Below, piece after piece: positions 1 to 9,140 of a stretch of 64,000 bases of DNA (position 1 is the stretch's first letter; each line of letters opens with the position of its first letter). Origin of the DNA: Gelidibacter sp. (GTDB taxonomy: Bacteria > Bacteroidota > Bacteroidia > Flavobacteriales > Flavobacteriaceae). The translations under genes were made by a program, and so were the position numbers. The notes below the pieces were generated by a model, which saw nothing but the letters and a program-made list of their open reading frames with translations, did no database searches and had not been told where the DNA came from. The DNA lies in assembly GCF_035577925.1 (NCBI RefSeq), contig NZ_DATJCY010000077.1, positions 185 to 64,184 of the forward strand, in the 5' to 3' direction.

Positions 1-81
1 ACCACGTTGACCTAAACGCAAAGCCAATAAGCTGCCGCAAAGTCCGGCACCAATGATGAGTATGTTTTGTTGTTTTTTCAT
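1..81 (-). CDS. kmo: Kynurenine 3-monooxygenase-like FAD-dependent monooxygenase, N-terminal fragment (runs off window edge)
   Basis: Not in ORF track. Reverse complement from ATG at 81 reads MKKQQNILIIGAGLCGSLLALRLGQRG (GxGxxG FAD-binding start), directly downstream of kynureninase on the same strand. Confidence 0.75.
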   Translation of the reverse strand, partial: MKKQQNILIIGAGLCGSLLALRLGQRG

Positions 82-86
82 GGTAT

Positions 87-133
87 TTCCCGCGAAGGCA
101 GGAATTTTATTAACTTCCTGCGAAGGCAGGAAT
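87..133. repeat. Two copies of REP/dRS3-like palindrome TTCCYGCGAAGGCAGGAAT
   Basis: ttcccgcgaaggcaggaat (87-105) and ttcctgcgaaggcaggaat (115-133); fits the ATTCCC-N8-GGGAAT hairpin form. Confidence 0.75.
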
Positions 134-153
134 CTTATTATTGTTGTTATTAG

Positions 154-227
154 ACCTACAAGGTTTTTGAAACCTTGCAGGTTTGTTTTTGGAACCTTGC
201 AAGTCCGTTTTGAAAACCTTGCAGGTT
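154..227. repeat. Palindromic tandem repeat, 3 x 22 bp, core AACCTTGCAGGT
   Basis: aaccttgca core at 171, 193 and 215 (exact 22-bp period); acctacaaggttt-ttg-aaaccttgcaggt forms a hairpin; last unit abuts the kynU stop codon. Confidence 0.75.
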
Positions 228-1494
228 ATTTTAATATGTTCTTCAATTTCTCCACTAAATAATATACATCCTGAAACGAATTGTACAATGGCACAGGTGC
301 ACAACGAATGACATCAGGCTCGCGCCAATCACTGATAACGCCAGTTTCCGTAAGTTGATGATGTAAATTTTTATCAGCATTTTTTACTTGAATGGATAAT
401 TGGCATCCACGTTCGTCAGGATTTGATGGTGTGATGATTTTGATGGCGTCATTATTCAATTCATTGATTAAAAACTCAAAATATCCTGTAAGCTTTTTTG
501 ATTTTTCTATGAGTTTATCCATACCAACTTCTTCAAAAATAGCCAAAGACGCTCTGATAGCAGCCATTGATAAAATTGGCGGATTGCTCAATTGCCAACC
601 TTCAGCTCCTGGAAGTTGGTCAAATTGATCGCGCATTTTAAAACGTGTTTCCTTGTTATGGCTCCACCAACCCGCAAAACGGTTGAGATTTTTGTTATAA
701 GCATGACGTTCATGCACAAAACAACCTCCCAAACTTCCTGGGCCCGAATTGAGATATTTATAAGTACACCAAACGGCAAAATCAGCACCAGAATCATGAA
801 GGTCCAATTTCACATTTCCAGCGCCATGAGCACAGTCAAATCCAACCATGCAGCCGTGTTTATGACTGAGTTGTGTAATCCGTTTTAAATCGAAAAGCTG
901 TCCGGTATAATAATTAACACCACCAATCATGACTAAAGCGATTTCATGACCTTGCGTTTCCAGAATCGATTCGAAATCGTCATAATTGGCTAATTCTTCA
1001 TTTTTTCTAGCTTTCCAAAGAATTATGCCATCTTTTGGATCAAAACCATGATGGCGTAATTGGGTTTCTACAGCATATTTATCGGATGGAAAAGCATCGG
1101 CCTCAATCAGGATTTTGTAACGTTTTTTAGTGGGTCTATAAAAGGATACCATCATCAAATGAAGATTGGCTGTCAAGGTGTTCATGACGACAACTTCAAT
1201 GGGTTTTGCGCCAACTACTTTGGCCATGCTTTCAGTTAAAAATTCGTGGTAACCTATCCAAGGATGTTTGGCTTGCGTATGACCTTCTACACCTAAATTT
1301 GCCCAATCGTCCAGTTCTTGTTTAATATAATCGGCGGTTGATTTCGGCTGGAGTCCAAGTGAGTTCCCGGTCATATAGATCAAATCCTTTCCATGTTTGT
1401 CTTTAGGAATGTAAAAACGATTTCTGTACGATGCTAAAGTATCGTTTTGATCCTGTTGTTTAGCGTAGTCTATACCTGGTTTATAGTGTGACAA
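226..1494 (-). CDS. kynU: Kynureninase
   Basis: YMTGNSLGLQP, FDCAHGAGN, AVWCTYKYLNSGPG (PLP lysine) and AGWWSH motifs. Start placed at TTG 1494 (ORF track starts at 1521). Confidence 0.95.
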   Translation of the reverse strand: MSHYKPGIDYAKQQDQNDTLASYRNRFYIPKDKHGKDLIYMTGNSLGLQPKSTADYIKQELDDWANLGVEGHTQAKHPWIGYHEFLTESMAKVVGAKPIEVVVMNTLTANLHLMMVSFYRPTKKRYKILIEADAFPSDKYAVETQLRHHGFDPKDGIILWKARKNEELANYDDFESILETQGHEIALVMIGGVNYYTGQLFDLKRITQLSHKHGCMVGFDCAHGAGNVKLDLHDSGADFAVWCTYKYLNSGPGSLGGCFVHERHAYNKNLNRFAGWWSHNKETRFKMRDQFDQLPGAEGWQLSNPPILSMAAIRASLAIFEEVGMDKLIEKSKKLTGYFEFLINELNNDAIKIITPSNPDERGCQLSIQVKNADKNLHHQLTETGVISDWREPDVIRCAPVPLYNSFQDVYYLVEKLKNILK

Positions 1495-1651
1495 GTTGTG
1501 TTGTTTTTCGGATTCACACAAAAATAGGAATTATAAGTATAAAAATGATGCCTGAAAAGCATGGATATCAAATGAAAAAAATATTCAGTAATTAAAAATG
1601 AATTAACGATAAAACCAGTTTGTAATCATTGTTTTGGATGAATATCAAAAC

Positions 1652-1688
1652 AAAAAGAACTTCAACTTTATAAAGTGGAAGTTCTTTT
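1652..1688 (-). terminator. Intrinsic terminator hairpin downstream of the lipoprotein gene
   Basis: aaaagaacttc-aactttataaagtg-gaagttctttt inverted repeat with A/T tracts on both sides. Confidence 0.7.
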
Positions 1689-1795
1689 AATATATAGACG
1701 CAAACTGCGGAATAGTTTTTTAAGATATAATATATACGATTTTTAACGCAGTTTTGGATGTCGTTTTTATGAACTTTACTTGATTTTTTTAATAA

Positions 1796-2461
1796 TTAAT
1801 TTTCAACTTTGATATTGGTAAAATGGAGTTTCCAATTGGCATTAGGTTGTTTGTGGGTTTTTGCGATTTTTATACCATTAAAATCCTCATAATCTTCCCA
1901 AGTTGCAATTAATGAAGGTTCAGCTGAATTTCCTTTCCTATAAATCCATTCTTTTAAGAGGAAATCATCACCAAAATATAAGTCATACGCATCGCCAGGC
2001 GTGTAACCACCTTCATTAGGATAGGTAATTGTTATTTTGTTCAATTGGGATTTGCTAATAGGAGCTTCAGTTATAGAGGATTCGGAAATGGTGGCTGAGG
2101 TATCCCAAACCAATTGAAAAGGTACCAACAACCAAAATTTATCGTTGATAAAGGCTTTGTCAGCATTCATAGAAGTGCTATCCACCGATTTTCGATTATA
2201 AACCACGGTGTCATTTTTTGAAATCAATCTGATGTCATCTGTTTTGGGATTCCAGTTCCAAGATCTTTTAAAATGGGTGGTATCTCTTTCAACATTAAAG
2301 GTAAATTGGATTTCAGATACGTTTTTCCAATTTTGAAAACCATTGGCATTGGCTATTTTTTCAGCCGTTGACCATTCTTTTTCAATGGTTTTTGGTTTTT
2401 CTTCATGTTTACAAGAAAAAAGAAAGGCTAGAGCTCCAAATAAAATCAGTGTGTTTTTCAT
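1796..2461 (-). CDS. Hypothetical lipoprotein
   Basis: 221 aa ORF with lipobox FLFSC; predicted beta-rich (WNWNP, FxNDKFWLLVPF, TPGDAYDLY); no function recognised. Confidence 0.8.
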   Translation of the reverse strand: MKNTLILFGALAFLFSCKHEEKPKTIEKEWSTAEKIANANGFQNWKNVSEIQFTFNVERDTTHFKRSWNWNPKTDDIRLISKNDTVVYNRKSVDSTSMNADKAFINDKFWLLVPFQLVWDTSATISESSITEAPISKSQLNKITITYPNEGGYTPGDAYDLYFGDDFLLKEWIYRKGNSAEPSLIATWEDYEDFNGIKIAKTHKQPNANWKLHFTNIKVEN

Positions 2462-2513
2462 TGGTTTAATTTTATATAAAGTTAAGAATATATGATTGAG
2501 TAGTTTTGAAAAC

Positions 2514-3164
2514 TTATTCTTTTATTAACTCTGGGAATTTTGCTTTAAAGCGTTCATATCTTGGGATGGATACATTTTTGATATATGGATCATCGGGATG
2601 TTTTTTTTCATAATCCTGATGGTAATCTTCCGCAACCCAAAATTTCTGAAATGGATAAATTTCTGCCGCAATGGTTGCATTTAGTTTTTTGGCCAACGCC
2701 GTTTTCTTTGCTTCAATAATTTCTTTTTGTTCGGCATTTTGATAAAAAATAATAGAGCGGTATTGTGAGCCTTTATCATTGCCTTGACCATTGATCTGCG
2801 TCGGGTTTTGGGATGCGAAATAGACATCTACCAAGGTTGAAAAACTGATAATTTTTGGATCGTAAATAACTTCTACAGTTTCGGCATGTCCAGTTTTTCC
2901 GGTATTACTAGATTCATACGTTGGATTTTTGGTATGACCGCCGGAATAACCGCTAATAACTTCGTTCACGCCTTTAATGTGTTCATAAATGTTTTCAACG
3001 CACCAAAAACAGCCACTTGCAAAATAGGCTTTTGCATTTCCGTTTTGGAGTGGTATTTCAATTGGTGCCGCCGTTACAACAGCTTGTTGTTTAGGATTGG
3101 TTTGTGCCTTGTTTTGACAGCTGAATAAAAATATAACGGATATTGATAAGACAAGTGATTTCAT
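2514..3164 (-). CDS. msrA: Peptide-methionine (S)-S-oxide reductase MsrA, lipoprotein
   Basis: YFASGCFWCVE, SGYSGG, TGHAETVEV, QYRSIIF and AEDYHQDY motifs; N-terminal lipobox FLFSC. Confidence 0.95.
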   Translation of the reverse strand: MKSLVLSISVIFLFSCQNKAQTNPKQQAVVTAAPIEIPLQNGNAKAYFASGCFWCVENIYEHIKGVNEVISGYSGGHTKNPTYESSNTGKTGHAETVEVIYDPKIISFSTLVDVYFASQNPTQINGQGNDKGSQYRSIIFYQNAEQKEIIEAKKTALAKKLNATIAAEIYPFQKFWVAEDYHQDYEKKHPDDPYIKNVSIPRYERFKAKFPELIKE

Positions 3165-3240
3165 AACTTTGGATTTGATCCTAAACGATAGGTTTATCTT
3201 GTAAAACTTAAGATTTACGTACTAAAGTTACGTTAAAATA

Positions 3241-3269
3241 AAAAGCCCTTACAATATGTAAAGGCTTTT
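3241..3269 (-). terminator. Intrinsic terminator after the nif3/zinc-ribbon operon
   Basis: aaaagccctta-caatatg-taaaggctttt hairpin, 20 bp below the stop at 3289. Confidence 0.65.
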
Positions 3270-3288
3270 AACTCTAATTTATAATTGT

Positions 3289-4071
3289 TTAGCTTAATTT
3301 TGCAAACAGTTTTTCCATTTTTTCTCTTTGTTCGTCAGCCAGTTCCGCATCAACCAAAATACGTCCACTATGCTCATCGGTAATCACTTTTTTACGAGAA
3401 GCAATCTCAACTTGTACTTGTGGCGGTATGGTGAAGAAAGAACCACCAGAAGCGCCTCTTTCAATAGCCACAACGGCTAAGCCATTTTTAACGTTTTGTC
3501 TAATTCTGCGGTAAGCATTCACCAAACGTTCATCAATTGAATTTTGATATTCTTCAGATTTTTTAATCAATGCGTTTTCTTCTTTTTCAGTTTCGGCCAA
3601 AATAGCATTCAACTCACCTTTTTTGTGTTTTAAATGAGATAAACGATCTTTTAAACGCTCTTTTGTTTCAGAAATAACTTCTTTTTTCTGTTCTATTTGA
3701 ACTTTAAATTCTTTGATGTGCTTTTCCGCTAATTCAATTTCCAGTTCTTGAAATTCAATTTCTTTTGTAATCGAATTGAACTCTCTGTTATTTCTAACGT
3801 TTTCTTGCTGTTCAGCGTATTTTTTGATCAAGGCTTTTGCTTCCTCAATAAGATTCTTTTTTGATTTGATGTTCTCATCAAACAAGGTAAGGCCATCATT
3901 TAATTTCTCAAGTCTAGTATTAAGTCCTTCAACTTCATCTTCTAAATCTCTTACTTCTAAAGGAAGTTCACCTCTAATATTTCGGATTTCGTCAACTCTT
4001 GAATCAATAAGTTGTAAGTCGTACAATGCTCTTAATCTGTCTTCAATAGAAAGTTCAGCTTTTTTTGCCAT
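3289..4071 (-). CDS. Coiled-coil protein with C4 zinc-ribbon-type C-terminus (DUF164/CT398-like; Cys residues absent)
   Basis: Long heptad coiled coil LQxIDSxxDEIRxxRGELPxEV...; C-terminal RGASGGSFFTIPPQ...TDEHSGRIL; follows nif3. Confidence 0.85.
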   Translation of the reverse strand: MAKKAELSIEDRLRALYDLQLIDSRVDEIRNIRGELPLEVRDLEDEVEGLNTRLEKLNDGLTLFDENIKSKKNLIEEAKALIKKYAEQQENVRNNREFNSITKEIEFQELEIELAEKHIKEFKVQIEQKKEVISETKERLKDRLSHLKHKKGELNAILAETEKEENALIKKSEEYQNSIDERLVNAYRRIRQNVKNGLAVVAIERGASGGSFFTIPPQVQVEIASRKKVITDEHSGRILVDAELADEQREKMEKLFAKLS

Positions 4072-4073
4072 AA

Positions 4074-5168
4074 TTATAAATACTTTACAGGATTGGTGTT
4101 TATCGTCGATAAAACGACTGCAAAATTAGTAATTTTTTTTGAGAGATACTCAGCTAAAAAGTTTTTTGTGAACTGCTCACTTTCATAATGGCCAATGTCG
4201 GCTAAAATCACCTCGTTTTCGGCAGAAAAAAAGTCGTGGTATTTTAAATCTGAAGTGATAAAAACATCCGCCTTTGCTGACTTTGCCGCCGAAATAGCAA
4301 AACTTCCAGAGCCTCCAAGTACAGCAATTCGCTTGACTTTATTTTTAGTTAATTTTGAGTGTTTTATACAAGAAACATTCATTTTTTGCTTTACAAAATC
4401 TAGGAATTCTTCGGTTTTTATGTCTTTTTCAAGTTCGCCGACCATTCCCATCCCAATATGTTGGTTGTAATTGTCTAAAGTGGTGATTTCAAACGCTACT
4501 TCTTCATAGCTATGATTTTCAAAAAGTGCTTTGAGGATGTTGCGTTCCAAGTGTTTTTGGAAGGTGACAGAAATTTGGGTTTCTTGTTCTTTCATATATT
4601 CGCCACGTTGACCAACTTTTGGATTCGATATTTCATTGCCTTTAAAAGTGCCAATGCCATTGGTATTAAAACTACAATTTTCATAATTTCCAATGTTGCC
4701 GGCACCTGCATCAAACAATGCTTTTCTTAAGGTTTCGGCTTCCATTTGTGGGACATAAGTGGTGAGTTTTTTGATGGTCGAAGGTTGAGGTAAGAGAATT
4801 TTTTTATTTTTTATACCCAAAGTATCGCAAATAATGCTGTTAACACCTTTAAAACAATTGTCTAATGCAGTATGTATGGCATAAATGGCAATGTCGTGTT
4901 TAATAGCTTTAAGCACAGTGCGTTCTACGTAATTTGAGCCGTTAAGTTTTTTTATACCTTTGAAGATGATGGGATGAAAGCTGACAATCAGATTGCATTT
5001 TTCTGCAATAGCCTCATCAACAACGCTTTCTAGAGTATCTAAAGTAATTAAAACACCAGTAAGTGGCGTATTTCTATTTCCTACCAGTAAGCCAACATTG
5101 TCAAAATCTTCGGCATATGTAAGTGGTGCCAATTCTTCAAGATAGGTGATCACATCCTGGATTATCAT
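4074..5168 (-). CDS. Nif3-like dinuclear metal center hexameric protein (YbgI/YqfO family)
   Basis: AEDFDNVGLLVG, SFHPIIF, IHTALD, GAGNIGNY, HSYEEVA and DIGHYESE motifs. Start ATG 5168 chosen because a TATCTTTG element lies at 5195-5202. Confidence 0.92.
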   Translation of the reverse strand: MIIQDVITYLEELAPLTYAEDFDNVGLLVGNRNTPLTGVLITLDTLESVVDEAIAEKCNLIVSFHPIIFKGIKKLNGSNYVERTVLKAIKHDIAIYAIHTALDNCFKGVNSIICDTLGIKNKKILLPQPSTIKKLTTYVPQMEAETLRKALFDAGAGNIGNYENCSFNTNGIGTFKGNEISNPKVGQRGEYMKEQETQISVTFQKHLERNILKALFENHSYEEVAFEITTLDNYNQHIGMGMVGELEKDIKTEEFLDFVKQKMNVSCIKHSKLTKNKVKRIAVLGGSGSFAISAAKSAKADVFITSDLKYHDFFSAENEVILADIGHYESEQFTKNFLAEYLSKKITNFAVVLSTINTNPVKYL

Positions 5169-5194
5169 ATAGTTTTTAGTTTTTAGGTTCTTCA

Positions 5195-5202
5195 CAAAGA
5201 TA
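5195..5202 (-). promoter_or_regulatory. Bacteroidota sigmaA -7 element TATCTTTG (nif3 operon)
   Basis: CAAAGATA on + strand, 27 bp upstream of ATG 5168; matches TAnnTTTG. Confidence 0.6.
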
Positions 5203-5242
5203 AATTATTATACTTTCGTAGTAAACAAGTACTTTGATTATT

Positions 5243-5791
5243 ATGAAATACACACTTATTCTCGTTTTTTTGATTAGTTTATTGAGTTGTCAGTCTGGCA
5301 AAAAACAAGCCTCCGAAGGTGATGCTTTACCAATGGAACTTCCAGATTCTGATGCGGAACTGCCCAATACCGATTTGTATGAACCTTTAGAAAGTGAAAT
5401 GTCTTCTGCTGATGAAAATTATCAAGCTGGACTTGATTTTATCAATTCATATATTGAAAGTATTGGCCAACTTGAAATTTTGGAATTCGTTAAAAATTCG
5501 CCACTTGCCACTGAAAAACTAAAATCGGAATTGGAAAATATGTTAATTGCAGCTTGGGAGGAAAACCCTAAAATAGGCTTCTTATCGGACCCTTTGTTTG
5601 ATGCGCAAGATTATCCGCCAATGGGTTTTGAGCTTGATGAGTTTGATCCAGAAACAGGTTATCTTCTTGCAAAAGGTATTGAATGGGAGGATTTTAAAGT
5701 TGCTTTGAGAGTCGTGAATGTAGATGGTCATATTTTGGTAGATGGCTGTGGCGAAGTTAATATTCCTGAAGGCAAGCGAGCCGAACGCTAA
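5243..5791 (+). CDS. Acidic hypothetical lipoprotein (possibly DUF3828/YbjP-like)
   Basis: Lipobox LLSC; DPLFDAQDYP motif; very D/E-rich. Start ATG 5243 preferred over TTG 5234. Confidence 0.75.
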   Translation: MKYTLILVFLISLLSCQSGKKQASEGDALPMELPDSDAELPNTDLYEPLESEMSSADENYQAGLDFINSYIESIGQLEILEFVKNSPLATEKLKSELENMLIAAWEENPKIGFLSDPLFDAQDYPPMGFELDEFDPETGYLLAKGIEWEDFKVALRVVNVDGHILVDGCGEVNIPEGKRAER

Positions 5792-5862
5792 TATTTTCTG
5801 AGCATTGTTGTTTATAAAACATAATTGTCGGTATTTTCCTAATCTGCTATAAGTTTATCTTC

Positions 5863-6873
5863 ATGATAAAAATATTAAGATATTTACTTTTTCCGATTGT
5901 TCCCATTTATTACTTGGTAACCTGGTTGCGAAATAAACTCTATGATTTCGGAATTAAAAAATCTACGTCGTATGATTTTCCAGTGATTTGTGTTGGAAAT
6001 TTGAGTGTTGGCGGCACAGGAAAAACGCCAATGATTGAATATTTAATTCGTTTATTAAAAACCGATTACCGTATTGCCACGCTAAGTAGAGGCTATAAAC
6101 GGCAAACTAAAGGTTTTGTTGTGGCCGATACAAATGCGACTGCAAATACCATAGGTGATGAGCCTTTTCAGTTTTATCAAAAGTTTGATGACGTCATAGT
6201 CAGTGTGGATGCCGATAGAGTCCACGGTATTTCAGAATTAATGGCATTACAAAATCCGCCAGAAATGATATTGCTTGATGATGCATATCAGCATCGAAAA
6301 GTCAAAGCTGGTTTTTATATCTTATTAACCTCTTATGATGATATTTATACAGATGATATCTTATTGCCAACAGGCAATTTAAGAGAACCTAGACAAGGTG
6401 CAAGGCGTGCCGATATTATTGTGGTGACCAAATGTCCAGAAAATTTATCGGAATCAGATAAGGAAAAAATCAGACGTAAAATTAATCCTTTGCAACATCA
6501 GGAGGTGTTTTTTGCAAGTATTTCTTATTCTGAATATATAAGTAATAGTGAGCATCAAATGGATTTAAAAATCCTAAATAATAAACCATTTACATTGGTT
6601 ACTGGGATTGCCAATCCAAAGACTTTGGTAAGTTATTTAAAGTCGTTGAACTTGGAGTTCGAACATTTAAATTTTAAGGATCATCACGATTTTAGTGCAA
6701 TGGAAATTGACCGTTTAAAACAAAAATCGCTGATTGTTACAACAGAAAAAGATATGATGCGACTCCAACCTTATTTTAATAAAGAGGAAGCCATTTATTG
6801 TCTTCCTATCGAAATAAAAATCGATAGGCCAATTCAATTTAATGCTTTAGTAAGGAGTTTTGTTAAATCTTAG
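5863..6873 (+). CDS. lpxK: Tetraacyldisaccharide 4'-kinase
   Basis: VGNLSVGGTGKTP P-loop, LSRGY, GDEP, LLDDAYQH, LLPTGNLREP, DHHDF and TTEKD motifs. Confidence 0.96.
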   Translation: MIKILRYLLFPIVPIYYLVTWLRNKLYDFGIKKSTSYDFPVICVGNLSVGGTGKTPMIEYLIRLLKTDYRIATLSRGYKRQTKGFVVADTNATANTIGDEPFQFYQKFDDVIVSVDADRVHGISELMALQNPPEMILLDDAYQHRKVKAGFYILLTSYDDIYTDDILLPTGNLREPRQGARRADIIVVTKCPENLSESDKEKIRRKINPLQHQEVFFASISYSEYISNSEHQMDLKILNNKPFTLVTGIANPKTLVSYLKSLNLEFEHLNFKDHHDFSAMEIDRLKQKSLIVTTEKDMMRLQPYFNKEEAIYCLPIEIKIDRPIQFNALVRSFVKS

Positions 6874-9091
6874 TCGAATTAGTTGCCTTTTTTAGCACGT
6901 TATACAGTTTGTTTTCAAAATCTTCTTGCTTGAAAGGTTTGGAGATGATGTCATCAAATCCTGCATCTTCAAATTCCTGCATTTTATCTTCAATGGTAAC
7001 AGCCGTTAGCGCAAAAATTGTAAGTTCCTTATCAAAGGTCCTAATAATTTTTGTGGCTTCAATACCACTAATTCCTGGCATGTGAATGTCCATTAAAACA
7101 ATGTCATATTGTTCTAATTTAACACGATCCACTGCATCTTCACCGTTATCAACAACATCACAGTAAAGGTTCATTTTGTTTAAAATCTTCCGGGTTATCA
7201 TTTGGTTGATCTTGTTGTCTTCCACAACCAAAATTTTGATGTTCGTCAAGTCCAAAGTACTAATTTTATTAAGGGTTTTTGGTTTCTCGGTGATTGAAGG
7301 TTCCGGTGTAAATGTCATCGGAATTTCAAAAGTAAAGGTCGATCCTTTGCCAAGTTCGCTGGTTAAGTAAATTTTTCCTTTTAATATGTCAATTAATCCT
7401 TTTACGATAGAAAGTCCAAGTCCAGTACCACCGTATTTTCTGTTGATTTGAATAGAACCTTGTGAAAAACTTTCGAACATGTGCTCTTGTTTTTCTTTTG
7501 TAATTCCGATGCCGTTATCTTCTATTTCAAATCTTATGACATAATTATCGCCTTCTTGACTTTGTTTTGATAATCGTATCCATATATCTCCATTTTTTGT
7601 GAATTTGATAGCATTTCCGATAAGATTTATCAAAATTTGGGAGATTTTCAATTGGTCGGCTACATAAGTTAGCGGAAGATCGGGGTCATATTTATAGTGA
7701 AGTTTCGTATTATTATCTGCTGCCGAATTACTCAAAGCAGCGATAACATTTTTTACTTTTTTATTGAGATTGAACAGTTCAGGATCCAATTCTACCTTAT
7801 TGGCTTCAATCTTATTAATTTGGAGAATGTCATTTATGAAGGTCAGTAGATATTCTCCTGAAAATTTCAAGGATTTGAGGTGGGACAACTGATGTGGTTT
7901 TGGGTCTTCTTCCAAAAGCATATTGGTCAATCCGGTAACGGCGTACAAAGGCGTTCTTAGTTCGTGCGTTACTGTAGATAAAAAGTTGGCCTTTGTTTTA
8001 GAGGCCAGTTCAGCCTTTTCTTTGGCAATAATAAGCTCCTCGTTTTTTTTGTGGAGCATATTGTTGATTTTGAGCCTGATATTGTTGTTTTTATAAAGCG
8101 ATAAAGTTAACAGTGATAAAATTGTAATCAATGCTATACTTAGTATAGTTGTAATTCTTGTTAGGTTATTTGAAGCATCGGCCTCTTCGAGCTTTACTTC
8201 CATTTGTTTGAATTCGGATTCTTTATATTTATTTATAACCTGAGAATTGCTTTGTGGATATAGCGTTTTTTGTTTGATGTCAGATAGTGAATCGGATAGG
8301 GCTATGTATTTTTTTAAATACTCGTTAGCAAGTTTATAGTTTTCTTTCTCTTGATAAATTTCACTAAAATTAAAATAACTGTCGTTGATCTGTTCTGGAG
8401 TGTTATTGCTTTTTGCCAATTTAAAGCCTTGTTCTGTATCAGAAAGTGCTAAGTCTAAATTTCCAAGTTTGTAATGGACCTTTCCGCTTAGGATATAGGC
8501 GTTGCCCAAAACAACCGATTGTTTGTGTTTTTTGGCTAAAACGATCGTTTTTTCTAATATTGATTTTGCTGTTTTATAATCTTCCAGCAATACATAAACT
8601 TTAGCTTCGTTTAAACTGATGTCTGTTATTTGACGTTCAAGATTTTCATCTTCAAGCAAAGACTTTGCTGAATGAAAGTAGTCTAAGGCAGTTTGATACT
8701 CTTTATTACTTGTGTTAAGGATGCCGTGCACATTATAGGTGATGGCCAAATTGGCATAATCGTTGGTTTCTCTTTGTAGTTCAGCAGCTTTGGTAAGCGA
8801 AACTAAGGCATCTTCAACGTTTTCGGCGATAAACTGTATTTTAGCAATTCTTGTAAGTATGATACCTTGCTGTTTTTTGTCATCAATCTTTTTTGAAAGT
8901 TCTAAGGCCTTGTAAAGGTTTTCGTTGGCATTAAAATAATCACCGCGCTCCATTTCAAAACTAGATTGTGTTATGAAGTTTTGAATGTTCATTTGAAGAA
9001 TATCAATATCTTCTTCCATGACGCTTTGTGAAAGCAATGTAGAGGTGAATAATACTAAAAAAGTAACAATATAGAATTTTAATCGAGGCAT
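6863..9091 (-). CDS. Hybrid sensor histidine kinase (signal peptide, TPR sensor, TM, HisKA, HATPase, receiver)
   Basis: TPR-like helical repeats, one TM, THELRTPL, NLIGNAIKFT, DNGIGI, GGTGLGL; receiver with VEDN, DIVLMDIHMP and KP. Confidence 0.93.
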   Translation of the reverse strand: MPRLKFYIVTFLVLFTSTLLSQSVMEEDIDILQMNIQNFITQSSFEMERGDYFNANENLYKALELSKKIDDKKQQGIILTRIAKIQFIAENVEDALVSLTKAAELQRETNDYANLAITYNVHGILNTSNKEYQTALDYFHSAKSLLEDENLERQITDISLNEAKVYVLLEDYKTAKSILEKTIVLAKKHKQSVVLGNAYILSGKVHYKLGNLDLALSDTEQGFKLAKSNNTPEQINDSYFNFSEIYQEKENYKLANEYLKKYIALSDSLSDIKQKTLYPQSNSQVINKYKESEFKQMEVKLEEADASNNLTRITTILSIALITILSLLTLSLYKNNNIRLKINNMLHKKNEELIIAKEKAELASKTKANFLSTVTHELRTPLYAVTGLTNMLLEEDPKPHQLSHLKSLKFSGEYLLTFINDILQINKIEANKVELDPELFNLNKKVKNVIAALSNSAADNNTKLHYKYDPDLPLTYVADQLKISQILINLIGNAIKFTKNGDIWIRLSKQSQEGDNYVIRFEIEDNGIGITKEKQEHMFESFSQGSIQINRKYGGTGLGLSIVKGLIDILKGKIYLTSELGKGSTFTFEIPMTFTPEPSITEKPKTLNKISTLDLTNIKILVVEDNKINQMITRKILNKMNLYCDVVDNGEDAVDRVKLEQYDIVLMDIHMPGISGIEATKIIRTFDKELTIFALTAVTIEDKMQEFEDAGFDDIISKPFKQEDFENKLYNVLKKATNSTKI

Positions 9092-9110
9092 TTTTGGCTA
9101 CTTTGTAAAA

Positions 9111-9118
9111 CAAATATA
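9111..9118 (-). promoter_or_regulatory. sigmaA -7 element TATATTTG (hybrid kinase)
   Basis: CAAATATA on + strand, 20 bp upstream of the ATG. Confidence 0.5.
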
Positions 9119-9140
9119 ATTATTTATTCGACAAAAGTAT

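Noticed and set aside
154-227. Regularly spaced repeats as a mini-CRISPR
   Set aside because: Units are contiguous 22-bp tandem copies with no unique spacers, only three copies, and no cas genes; this fits a REP-like tandem.
53-304. ORF-track entries 53..262 (+) and 110..304 (-)
   Set aside because: They are translations of the repeat cluster and overlap the real kmo start and kynU end.
6863-6873. 11-bp 3' overlap of convergent lpxK and the hybrid kinase
   Set aside because: Short convergent overlaps are common; there is no further evidence of antisense control.
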